64,000 nucleotides of DNA from positions 32,001 to 96,000 of the forward strand of contig CAZFGR010000002.1 in the NCBI GenBank assembly GCA_964518475.1. The letters run 5' to 3'. The position numbers were made by a program, and so were the translations under genes. Position 1 is the first letter of the stretch. Each line of letters starts with the position of its first letter. Source of the DNA: an uncultured Nitrososphaerota archaeon (GTDB taxonomy: Archaea > Asgardarchaeota > Njordarchaeia > Njordarchaeales > Njordarchaeaceae). The notes under the pieces are model-generated. The model worked only from the letters and a program-made list of their open reading frames with translations. It was not told where the DNA came from and ran no database searches. Shown in pieces: positions 38,833 through 48,377 of this stretch.

Positions 38833-40473
38833 TTATAGCTGGTGGGCAATTACTTTCTTTTTCTTCAATTTTACATAAAGTAAAATAGTCACAACAATAG
38901 TAGAAGATATTGCAATCGCAACAACCACACTTAATATCAACGAATCGAAAGACGTTGTTTGCACTTTATCGGCTCTTATTGGATTCATATTGTTCGCTAC
39001 TTCATAGCCATCTCCGTACCCGTCTCCATCACTATCATATGAATAAGGATTGGAACCGATAAGCTCCTCGGAATATGTAGATAACCCGTCTAGATCAGGA
39101 TCAATCAATAGGTAATTCCCAATATAAGACCCATTAACAGATGGAAACGGAAAATCAATCCTAAAACCGCTACTCAACAAATCAAAGGCGGTAATCCCAT
39201 CAGTGCCGGTAACAAGCATATCGACGTCGGAATCATCATCTATGTCGACCAATGTTACTGGTTTAGCATCTTGATCCCAGCCAATGCCAGTATAGTAAAA
39301 CTTCTTCTCGTCCCAGTCGAAAACCCAAATATAGTGTATTCCGCTAATCACGATTTCAGACCTATTATCACCATCGACATCCCCAATAGCACCAAATCCC
39401 TCGTAAATATAATTGTACTCTGGCAACAATGTATAATACAGCAATTTACCATCATTACTAATGATGAACATGAGGTATGCAGATACGACGACGATTTCTA
39501 GTTCTCCATCCGAGTTAACATCTCCCACAGATGGGGAAACGCCAAAAGTCCACCTAACATAATGCCTAGTGCGTTCATCTAGTATATAATCTAGGTAATC
39601 AAGTCGCCATAGAATTTCTCCAGAAGAAAGATCAATAGCAAAACAACTATAAATCGAGGAGAGAAAAATATCTGGAGAACCATCCCCATTAACATCCACT
39701 ATAATAGGCTCAGAAAAAATATAATCTCCCTCAAGGAGATCCAAGCTAACACTCCTCAACAGAGTCCCATTGGCAGATAAAAGAAGCAAAGTATCAGGCA
39801 TAGAAAAACGATGAGTACCATTAGAATCATACGTAGCCACGATTTCCCATGAACCATCATTGTCAAGATCAACGAAAGCAAACTTACTGAAAAGACCATC
39901 CCACGAAAGACTCCACAAGACCGAACCATTAAGCCCGCTAAAAACTATCAAGTCATGTCTTCTAGTCACAATGATTTCTCCGATACCATCGTTGTTTATA
40001 TCCATGAGAGGTCTAGCGAAACCAGTAATATTTAAAGCGAACTCTAATCCTCCACTAGCCCCATCTAATACATAAATATTACTTTCAGTATTCACGAGGA
40101 TTTCGAGGTATTCATCTTTATCCAAATTGCCAATTGATAAAGGTGCAACCAAAGGACCCGTCGAAACAGTAGTGTTCCACACCACAGAACCAGTCTTGAG
40201 ATTCAGCACCCAGACACCACAGTTATCATCAACTGTTGTCCCAGCCACGACAACCTCCAATTCTCCGTCGTTATTGGTATCACCCACTACTGGTGGTGAC
40301 CATATCGTTGGCTCTAAGTACTTCAACCATTTGATAGTTGCGTTAAGCAAGGAGTAACTACTAGACTCTATGAATAATTGGTATTTATTCTGAGTAACAC
40401 TGAAGTAGAGATTAGAAATAATCACCATAGAAAATAGTAAGAAAAGTAATATGATTGATTTGCCATGTCGCAT
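38833..40473 (-). CDS. Membrane-anchored FG-GAP beta-propeller protein, paralog of 29596-31254
   Basis: Same repeat architecture; near-identical AFDLLSSGFRIDFPFPS...DSDGDGY.DGYEVANNMNP block; TM plus KKKK tail. Confidence 0.88.
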   Translation of the reverse strand: MRHGKSIILLFLLFSMVIISNLYFSVTQNKYQLFIESSSYSLLNATIKWLKYLEPTIWSPPVVGDTNNDGELEVVVAGTTVDDNCGVWVLNLKTGSVVWNTTVSTGPLVAPLSIGNLDKDEYLEILVNTESNIYVLDGASGGLEFALNITGFARPLMDINNDGIGEIIVTRRHDLIVFSGLNGSVLWSLSWDGLFSKFAFVDLDNDGSWEIVATYDSNGTHRFSMPDTLLLLSANGTLLRSVSLDLLEGDYIFSEPIIVDVNGDGSPDIFLSSIYSCFAIDLSSGEILWRLDYLDYILDERTRHYVRWTFGVSPSVGDVNSDGELEIVVVSAYLMFIISNDGKLLYYTLLPEYNYIYEGFGAIGDVDGDNRSEIVISGIHYIWVFDWDEKKFYYTGIGWDQDAKPVTLVDIDDDSDVDMLVTGTDGITAFDLLSSGFRIDFPFPSVNGSYIGNYLLIDPDLDGLSTYSEELIGSNPYSYDSDGDGYGDGYEVANNMNPIRADKVQTTSFDSLILSVVVAIAISSTIVVTILLYVKLKKKKVIAHQL

Positions 40474-40827
40474 CTCTAAACGCACCTTTTATCATACTAG
40501 GATTGCTAATACGGTGAAGGATGCGTCCACTTACCTTAGAAGTGATATTATTTATACCAAATAACTTTATATCGCAATGTATAAAAAATAAAACACCACA
40601 TATAAATTTAACAACCGTCGTCAATTTTAACCATATATATGAGATAAGAAGAGGGGGATCGTAGGATAATCAACAACTAAGATATCTAAATATCTGGACT
40701 TGACTTATTTTGAAGAAGTAGAATCGAGGATAGGATAGAGCGTGATTAAGAGCATATTCAGAGAAATGAAGTGTATTCACTTATAAAAGTATGAATTTAA
40801 TAAGGAATTTTGAAAACAAAGCCAAGA

Positions 40828-41955
40828 TTAGTCTAATTTTTTCAGGATGTGAACTATTGCTGATGTTGCTACTCCACCGATGTTTTCTGCTAGACCTATT
40901 TTTGCTCCTTCTACTTGATTCTTATCCGCTTCTCCCCTAAGTTGTAGGGTTATCTCGACTATTTGGTATACTCCTGTTGCTCCTACTGGGTGTCCGCGGG
41001 CTTTTAATCCTCCAAAAGTATTTGTTGGTAATGAGCCATTTATTCTTATCTCCTCATTTTTTACGAGTTTCCAGCCTTCTCCTGGCTTAGCAAAGCCTAA
41101 GCTCTCTAATCCTAGAATACCAGTTATGCTGAATGCATCATGCACCTCTAGCACATCTATGTCTCTTGGCCCAATTTTAGCTATGTTATATGCTTTAGAA
41201 GCGGCTTCTTGAACAGCTCTTAGGATGAGTGGATTTTCCCTATTAGCTAGCCGTATCTTGTCGTGAGAAACCTCCGAGGCAGTGATCTCTACGTCTCCTT
41301 TCTCGCTGGATAATATCAGTGCTGCGGCTCCATCACCATAAGCCGATGCTTCTAATAAATGAAGAGGATCTGCGATTATGGGGGATTTCTTAACGGCCTC
41401 CACAGTTATCTTTCTCCTAAACTGGGCATATGGGTTCGATAATGCGTGGTCGTGGCAAATTACTGGAAACATCATTATGTATTCATGATCTACACCATAC
41501 GTATCCAGATAATATCTTAGAGCTAAAGCGTTTAGGGAAATGAATGTTGATCCCATATTAAAGCTTGCTAACCAATCATCAGCCAGCATCATGGCTGAGG
41601 TATTCTCTGGTGTTAGCGTATCAGTTAGCTTCTCAACCCCTACAACAAGAACGTTCTTAGCTCCGCTTTTTACATATCTGTAACCTAGGTGAACCCCCAT
41701 ACCACCAGAGCCACAAGCAGATTCGACACGAATGCTATGTGCCCTTAAGCCTAAATAGTCCGCTAAATAACTGGCTAAGTTTGATTGGTTTATCAGGTAA
41801 TCAGCGACCATGTTAGAAACTATTACTGCATCAACGTCTCTTACATTAGCATCCTCTAATGCCTTTGTTGCTGCTTCAATGAGTAGGTCAATGATGTTTT
41901 TGTCCCAGTGATCCCCTACTTTAGTCATTCCAGTTCCAGCTATCATTACTGGCAA
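40828..41955 (-). CDS. Archaeal thiolase (acetyl-CoA acetyltransferase)
   Basis: ESACGSG, VGVEK, DGAAA, EVHDAF, GHPVGATG. Confidence 0.92.
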   Translation of the reverse strand: MPVMIAGTGMTKVGDHWDKNIIDLLIEAATKALEDANVRDVDAVIVSNMVADYLINQSNLASYLADYLGLRAHSIRVESACGSGGMGVHLGYRYVKSGAKNVLVVGVEKLTDTLTPENTSAMMLADDWLASFNMGSTFISLNALALRYYLDTYGVDHEYIMMFPVICHDHALSNPYAQFRRKITVEAVKKSPIIADPLHLLEASAYGDGAAALILSSEKGDVEITASEVSHDKIRLANRENPLILRAVQEAASKAYNIAKIGPRDIDVLEVHDAFSITGILGLESLGFAKPGEGWKLVKNEEIRINGSLPTNTFGGLKARGHPVGATGVYQIVEITLQLRGEADKNQVEGAKIGLAENIGGVATSAIVHILKKLD

Positions 41956-41957
41956 AA

Positions 41958-42554
41958 CTATTTCACCTCCTGCGCTCTTTGATAAGCTCTCTCCAAAGTT
42001 CTAATGTTTAATTCAGCATACTTCGGTGGAGAAATCGTCCTTATAGCCTCTATTAATGCGTCCTTGCTAATTGGTAAAAGCTCCAGTCCAGCAGCAAAAC
42101 CTACGAGTGCGACGTTTTCTCCTCTAGGATTATTTGTTGATAAAGCGATTTCTCTGGCATCTATTAAATAATATTTAATTGAGGAATTATTGAGTATTCT
42201 CCTTATCTCATCGTCGCTGGGGTACTGATGCATACCTATTTTGATGTTGACTGGTTCTATTTTTCTGAAATTTATTACTGCTACTCCATTGGATTTTACA
42301 TAGTTAATATTACGGAGTGACTCCAGTACCTCGAATCCTAGCAATAGGTCAGCTTTTGAAAAAGGTATTATTGGAGAAACGTTGGTATTCTGATAGATTC
42401 TTACGAAGCTTAGGACGGATCCTCCTCTCTGTGCAAGCCCTTTCCTATGAGTGAGTTTTACTTTGTAGCCATTATTCATGGCGGCTGTAGCTAATAGATT
42501 CGACGCAAAAACTATTCCCTGACCCCCAACACCTGTCAATACGATATCCGTCAT
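41958..42554 (-). CDS. iorB: Indolepyruvate:ferredoxin oxidoreductase beta subunit
   Basis: GVGGQG, GLAQRGGSV; adjacent to iorA. Confidence 0.92.
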   Translation of the reverse strand: MTDIVLTGVGGQGIVFASNLLATAAMNNGYKVKLTHRKGLAQRGGSVLSFVRIYQNTNVSPIIPFSKADLLLGFEVLESLRNINYVKSNGVAVINFRKIEPVNIKIGMHQYPSDDEIRRILNNSSIKYYLIDAREIALSTNNPRGENVALVGFAAGLELLPISKDALIEAIRTISPPKYAELNIRTLERAYQRAQEVK

Positions 42555-44449
42555 TTAACCACCTCCGCTTCCTCAATGGCCTTTACTGGACAGAATACTC
42601 TGCATACGCCGCAGCCAGTGCATTCGTACACATTAATGATGATTTTTCCGTTTTCTCGAATGATTGCGGGGCAACCAGTGATTCTTATGCATGCTCCACA
42701 GTTAATGCATTTTGAGTAATCAATAACATATTTTCTCGAGATCTTGCCTGCTCTGACCAGTTCTAGGGCGCATGGTGATCTGATAACTACTAGGGATACT
42801 CCTTCTCTTCTGATAGCTTCCTTCAATATATTCACCAAGGTGTTGAAATCAGCAGTATCCGTGACTTTAATGAACGGTACCCCAATAGCCTCTGCTATTT
42901 TCTCTGGTCTGATTACTGGAGCAGGATCACCCATTGCTGTTTTTCCAGTTGTTGGGCATGGTTGATGCCCAGTCATAGCTGTTATGGAGTTATCAAACAC
43001 TACTACAGTGATGTTGGCTCCGTGCATAACCGCGTCTATTAGTGGGGGAATACCAGCATGGAAGAAGGTTGAGTCCCCAATTACAGCAATTATTGGCTCC
43101 TTAACTCCTGCATGATAGAAGCCACAAGCCATTCCAATACTCGCGCCCATCGCTACACAAGTATCGATCGCTCTCAATGGTGGATGTACGCCTTGATTAT
43201 AACATCCCCTATCCCCAACAATTATTCCCCGTGCTCCTAGCTCCCTAAGTGCTTGTTTAATAGCTAAGTAGTTTATTCTATGAGGACATCCCGCACAGAG
43301 GTGCGGAATCCTCGGCGGTACTTCTGTGGATTTTGTATGTGTTTCATTGATTTGCAGGGACAAGATTCTCCCTAGAGCTTTCTTGATGATGTCTGGTGAT
43401 AATTCGTATTCACGGGGTATATGTCCCGTGATTCTACCATAGATTGGGAACGTTATTTTCTCTGATTGAGCGATCTCCTTTACTTCTTTCTCAACAATGG
43501 GTTCTATTTCCTCAACAATAAGTACTTTTTGAACGCTTCTGAGGAATCCGCTTACGAGTTTTCTGGGAATAGGATGCGTAGTCACTAGTTTTAGAACACT
43601 AACCCTATCTCCCAATTCTAACTCATCTATAGCTTCCATAACGTATTGGAAAGAGACTCCACAAGCTATTATGCCCATTTCAGCTTCTTCTGGACCAATA
43701 ACTTCATTGAGTTCACATGTGTTGAATAGTTCCTCTGCTCTCCTGTTCTTCTCGTTAAGAATTGAGTGGTTCTTTCTGGTATGGGGGGCTATCATAACAT
43801 ATCTCTCGGGATTTGGCTTAAATGACGCTTCTCGCATTTTCGCGTTAGTATTAACTGGTTCAACGTTAACTAGCTCATAACTCGTTGCAAGTTTCTCCGT
43901 ATACCTCACCATCACTGGTAATTGAAGAATCTCACTCAGCTCGAATGCATACTTCACAACCGTTTTTGCTTCACTAGGAGAGGTAGGTTCTAGACAAGGA
44001 ATCTTTGCCAACCTTGCATAATACCTAGTGTCTTCCGCATTTTGGGAGCTCCAGGGATGAATATCGTCCACCGAGATAATTACGAAACCCCCATTAACCC
44101 CCGTGTATGCGGATACTAGCAGGGTATCGGAAGCAACATTAATTCCCAAGTGTTTTGAGGAGTATAAAGCCCTTAGACCAGCTAAGGCAGCGGCGTAGGC
44201 TATCTCGTAGGCAACTTTTTCATTCGTCGCCCATTCAGCATAGATACCGTGGTACTTGGCCACTTTTGATATCGCCGTTAATATGTCCGAGGCTGGAGTA
44301 CCTGGATACGAGGCTGCAACTCTTATTCCAGCTTCTATAGCTCCTCTAGCAACGGCATCATTTCCACTCATCAAAAATGTGCCAGATTTCTCAATCAGGT
44401 GACGATACTTAACCAATTCCTTGTCCAGCATTTTTGCCTTATTACTCAT
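42551..44449 (-). CDS. iorA: Indolepyruvate:ferredoxin oxidoreductase alpha subunit
   Basis: GNDAVARGA, YPGTP, NEKVA, LCAGCPHR, GDSTFFHAG, AMTGHQP, two C-terminal 4Fe-4S motifs. Confidence 0.95.
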   Translation of the reverse strand: MSNKAKMLDKELVKYRHLIEKSGTFLMSGNDAVARGAIEAGIRVAASYPGTPASDILTAISKVAKYHGIYAEWATNEKVAYEIAYAAALAGLRALYSSKHLGINVASDTLLVSAYTGVNGGFVIISVDDIHPWSSQNAEDTRYYARLAKIPCLEPTSPSEAKTVVKYAFELSEILQLPVMVRYTEKLATSYELVNVEPVNTNAKMREASFKPNPERYVMIAPHTRKNHSILNEKNRRAEELFNTCELNEVIGPEEAEMGIIACGVSFQYVMEAIDELELGDRVSVLKLVTTHPIPRKLVSGFLRSVQKVLIVEEIEPIVEKEVKEIAQSEKITFPIYGRITGHIPREYELSPDIIKKALGRILSLQINETHTKSTEVPPRIPHLCAGCPHRINYLAIKQALRELGARGIIVGDRGCYNQGVHPPLRAIDTCVAMGASIGMACGFYHAGVKEPIIAVIGDSTFFHAGIPPLIDAVMHGANITVVVFDNSITAMTGHQPCPTTGKTAMGDPAPVIRPEKIAEAIGVPFIKVTDTADFNTLVNILKEAIRREGVSLVVIRSPCALELVRAGKISRKYVIDYSKCINCGACIRITGCPAIIRENGKIIINVYECTGCGVCRVFCPVKAIEEAEVVK

Positions 44450-44910
44450 GCATTACCCGGTTCATTACTTGCCATTCGTAAAAGTATTGAAAGATTCGCA
44501 CAAAAACAATTCCCAAGACGTTGCAGATCCCAGACAAACTAGAAAAGCTGAGAAAATTCTTGACAAAAGTTCAACTAGATGTCGAGTATTTTTTACTCTC
44601 AAATCTATACGTTAGTATATAAATCTTTCCTTGGTGTTTTAATTCAACAACACTATTCCGATTACACTCTCTAAATCTAGGTTAGTGATTCAGCCGTTTT
44701 CGCTTAAGTCGAATTGTTAAGCAGAGTTTCCTGATAAAAATCTTGAATTGTTATGAGGAGTATCAGAGGCTTGGCTGAATAGTCTTCCTCTTTTAAATAT
44801 TTTGATAGTGTTTCTCTTCTCGCGATGTTTCTTCTGTAATACATTTATATACGATAATGAAATATGTTTATTACTAAATGATGCGCAATCCAGATCTATG
44901 AGGTGTCTAT

Positions 44911-45162
44911 TTGTCGGTAATTATTAGTGTTAGGATTGATAGGGAATTGAAGAAGGAAATGGATAAGTTCTCTTACATTAATTGGAGCGAAGTTATTAGG
45001 CGGGCTATTGAGAAGAAAATAGAAGAGGAGAAATCGAGAGTTCGAGAGAAAGATATGGCACGTATTAGGAGGGCTAGTGAGATTACTAAGAAATTGAGGA
45101 GAAGAGTTGAAGGATGGTCTTCTGTTGATGAGATAAGAAAGTGGAGGGAGCTTCGTGGCTAG
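44911..45162 (+). CDS. VapB-type antitoxin
   Basis: ISVRID.ELK.EM....INWSEVIRRAIE. Confidence 0.85.
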   Translation: MSVIISVRIDRELKKEMDKFSYINWSEVIRRAIEKKIEEEKSRVREKDMARIRRASEITKKLRRRVEGWSSVDEIRKWRELRG

Positions 45163-45571
45163 ATATGTTGTGGACGCTTCGGTGATCGTTAAATGGTTTG
45201 TTGAGGAGGAGTATTCGGATAAGGCTCTTTTGTTAGAGCGTAGCTATGTGGAGGGGAGTATCGATATTGTTGTGCCAGAGCTATTGTATTACGAGGTTCT
45301 AAACGCGTTGAAGTATTCTCATCGTTTTGGTGAAGACGAGCTCAAGGAAGTTCTTAAAGCCTTGACGGATTATCAATTCGATTCGAGAAGGCTTGTTGGA
45401 GAAGTTGGGGAAAAAGCTGTAGAATTGGCTATGAGAAAAGGCTTAACCATATATGATGCTGCCTATGCCGCTATAGCTCTAGTTGAGAAAATTTATCTCT
45501 GGACAGCAGATGATAAATTAGTGCGAAAATTGGAGAGTTTAAGAATTGTAAAACACATAAGAGAGTATTGA
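45155..45571 (+). CDS. VapC PIN toxin
   Basis: VVDASVIVKW, EVLNAL, TIYDAAY, WTADDKL. Confidence 0.92.
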   Translation: MARYVVDASVIVKWFVEEEYSDKALLLERSYVEGSIDIVVPELLYYEVLNALKYSHRFGEDELKEVLKALTDYQFDSRRLVGEVGEKAVELAMRKGLTIYDAAYAAIALVEKIYLWTADDKLVRKLESLRIVKHIREY

Positions 45572-45890
45572 AAAATTCTTATTGTTCTCTCATTATTCCA
45601 TGACTCAGTTCAAAGACCATTTCTAACTTATCATCATCAGCTAAAAAGATTAGGAGAGCCTTAATGTTCAACGCGATACAATTGATTCTTTTCAAGGTAT
45701 CCGTGGTAATCACAGCATTATTCGAAGGGATAACATTAATAGAAGCTGTTCTTATGGGAGATGACGGATTTGCAATAATTTTTTGGCACTTAATTCACTT
45801 AGGATATTAGGACGCAAAAATTAAGCTACTCCAAATATTACTCCTTATTAATAAGTTGAAAAACAGCATTATCTATTAATCATTACGGGT

Positions 45891-46802
45891 GTGTCCGCAT
45901 TGTATAGGTTAGTGAGTCTTAGCGGAGACTCAATGGTGTTTAGAGCTCCCACGAATCTCGGAGTTATTATAAGTGGTGAGAAAGTAATTGTCATTGACAC
46001 TGGTTATGGTGATGATAAAGCTAGGAGATTACTTAAAGAGCTTAAGAACTTGAATAAACAAGTTATTGCAATCATTAATACTCATTGCCATGCGGATCAT
46101 ATCGATGGAAATAAATATTTAATAAAAAGAACTGGTGCCAAACTCTTCGCACCAGCAAAAGAGGTTTCGTACATAGAGAATCCAGAACTCTACATGAGGA
46201 CATTCTTTAATCAAGCAAGACCATGGTTTCCTAAAGGCACTAAATTCATGACCGCTAAACCATCCGAGGTGGATCAAAAACTAGTAGAGGGGGAATTTAA
46301 GATAGAAAATATCACCCTAAGGATTCTGGATCTCCCTGGCCATTCTTTTGGACAGATCGGAGTTTTAACAGAGGACAAGGTTCTTTACATGGGAGACGCT
46401 GTCTTTACAAAAGAGATCTTGGATAAGTATCCACTGGTTTTTTACACTGATATAGACTCTCTCATAGCATCCTTCTCGAAAATACTTAAATGTGATGCCG
46501 AGATATTTGTTCCGGGGCATGGAGAGATTCTGACAAGAGAGAAGCTTGAGGATACAATAGATTATTATAAAGAGAAAATCGAGAAGATTAATCGAGCAAT
46601 TTTGGATCTCCTTAAGCATTCAACTGGAATTAGTGAGATCATTACTAAATTATGCAAGCGTCTCAATGTTCCCCATACATTCGAGCAATATTATCTAGCG
46701 AAGACAATAATATCTGCACATCTATCTTGGCTAGTTAATCATGAATTCATAGAGATAGAGCTACGAAACTATGACTTAATTTTCAAGCCGAGCAAGAAAT
46801 GA
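45891..46802 (+). CDS. MBL-fold metallo-hydrolase
   Basis: IDTG, THCHADHIDG, PGHS, GD, PGHG. Confidence 0.9.
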   Translation: MSALYRLVSLSGDSMVFRAPTNLGVIISGEKVIVIDTGYGDDKARRLLKELKNLNKQVIAIINTHCHADHIDGNKYLIKRTGAKLFAPAKEVSYIENPELYMRTFFNQARPWFPKGTKFMTAKPSEVDQKLVEGEFKIENITLRILDLPGHSFGQIGVLTEDKVLYMGDAVFTKEILDKYPLVFYTDIDSLIASFSKILKCDAEIFVPGHGEILTREKLEDTIDYYKEKIEKINRAILDLLKHSTGISEIITKLCKRLNVPHTFEQYYLAKTIISAHLSWLVNHEFIEIELRNYDLIFKPSKK

Positions 46803-46857
46803 AATATTATATTTTAATTTTTTGGCCTTATGATTTCGAAGGAATTGGGGGATCAGT

Positions 46858-48261
46858 ATGGGTATCTATCAGGAAATAGATGGTTTCTTTAACCCTGAAT
46901 CAATTGCTGTAATCGGCGCCTCAGCGACCCCTGGTAAGATAGGTTATGCTGTTTTAAAGAATCTCTTGGAGTTCTATGAGGCTGGTGGAAAGCTCTATCC
47001 AATAAATCCCACTAGAGACGAGATACTTGGGTTAAAGTGTTATAAATCGATCCTCAATGTTCCCGGTAGCGTTGATATGGCCGTTATTGTAGTTCGTTCC
47101 AAGATGGTTCCTCAAATAATTGATCAATGCGGTAAGAAGGGTGTGAAGAACATCGTGATAATCTCTGGGGGCTTTAAGGAATTGGGAGGCAAATTTAGGG
47201 ATCTAGAGGCAGAGGCTTTGGAGGTGGCAAGAAAATACGGAATAAGAATCATTGGACCTAACTGCATCGGTGTATATGACCCGAGAACAAAAGTGGACAC
47301 ATTTTTCCAACCAAAGGAGAGAATGCTGAGACCAAAACCAGGTAATGTGGCTTTCCTGACACAAAGCGGTACCTACGGAATAATCTTGCTCGAATGGTCA
47401 GCAATGGATGAGCTCGGGATAAGCAAGTTCGTGAGTTATGGAAACAAAATGGATGTGGACGAGGCAGATATACTAATGTATCTAAAAGATGAACCTTATA
47501 CAGAGGTAGTAGGTATTTACCTCGAAGGACTAGGAGATGGAAGAAAATTCTTCCAAGCAGCAAGAGAATTCACTAAGAAAAAGCCCCTAATAATTCTTAG
47601 AGGAGGATGGAGCGAAGCCGCGCGAAGAGCCGCTCTAAGCCATACGGGGTTCTTAGGTGGCAAAGGAAGAATCTATGAAGCAGCATTCAAACAAGCTGGA
47701 GTCATTATAGCCCGAACGTTAGAAGAATTGTATGATATGGTCAAGGCATTAGCCAGGCAGAAATATGCTAAAGGGCCAAGAGTCGCGATGATTAGTAATG
47801 GTGCAGGACCCATGGTTCAAGCAGTTGACGCTGTTAGCGTAGAGGGATTAAAATTAGCTGAGCTAGAATCATCTATCAAGGAAGAGTTAAGGAAGAATCT
47901 ATCCCCATTCACTATAGTGGAGAACCCCGTAGATTTAACAGGTAGTGCTACTCCAGAGGATTACAAAGTGGCAATGGATATTCTCCTAGACGACCCCAAC
48001 GTAGACATGCTCTTCGTATTCTTCGTGCACCAAAACGCCCCTATGGACAAGTCAATAATTGACGTTATGAAAGAGATAAATAAGAAGGCTAGAGACTTAG
48101 GAAAAACAGTCCTAGCTGGAGCTGCTGGAGGCCCATACACACAGAGCCTGAACAAGGAAATGGAGAAAGCAGGAATACCAACATATCCAATACCTGAGAG
48201 ATTAGTAAGGGCTGCGAAGGCTCTTTACTTATGGGGTAAAAACGTATCTGGAGAGAGTTAG
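46858..48261 (+). CDS. Acyl-CoA synthetase (ADP-forming) alpha subunit
   Basis: SIAVIGAS, IIGPNCIG, QSG, SHTG phospho-His, NPVDLTG. Confidence 0.9.
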   Translation: MGIYQEIDGFFNPESIAVIGASATPGKIGYAVLKNLLEFYEAGGKLYPINPTRDEILGLKCYKSILNVPGSVDMAVIVVRSKMVPQIIDQCGKKGVKNIVIISGGFKELGGKFRDLEAEALEVARKYGIRIIGPNCIGVYDPRTKVDTFFQPKERMLRPKPGNVAFLTQSGTYGIILLEWSAMDELGISKFVSYGNKMDVDEADILMYLKDEPYTEVVGIYLEGLGDGRKFFQAAREFTKKKPLIILRGGWSEAARRAALSHTGFLGGKGRIYEAAFKQAGVIIARTLEELYDMVKALARQKYAKGPRVAMISNGAGPMVQAVDAVSVEGLKLAELESSIKEELRKNLSPFTIVENPVDLTGSATPEDYKVAMDILLDDPNVDMLFVFFVHQNAPMDKSIIDVMKEINKKARDLGKTVLAGAAGGPYTQSLNKEMEKAGIPTYPIPERLVRAAKALYLWGKNVSGES

Positions 48262-48377
48262 ATGGTGTAAGATTTTTCTTACATATGTAAAATTATCAGA
48301 TACATTTTTATATCTTCTTTACACCTATTAATTATTGATTATCCCACCAACTTTTTGCACTAAAATGGTGGATTCTT

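Noticed and set aside
44690-44790. C/D-like ATGAGGA...CTGA segment
   Set aside because: Only half of the box set is present and the spacing is non-canonical
45664-45810. 48-aa hydrophobic small ORF with AGGAG upstream
   Set aside because: The opposite strand is equally open and neither frame has recognisable motifs; cannot be supported
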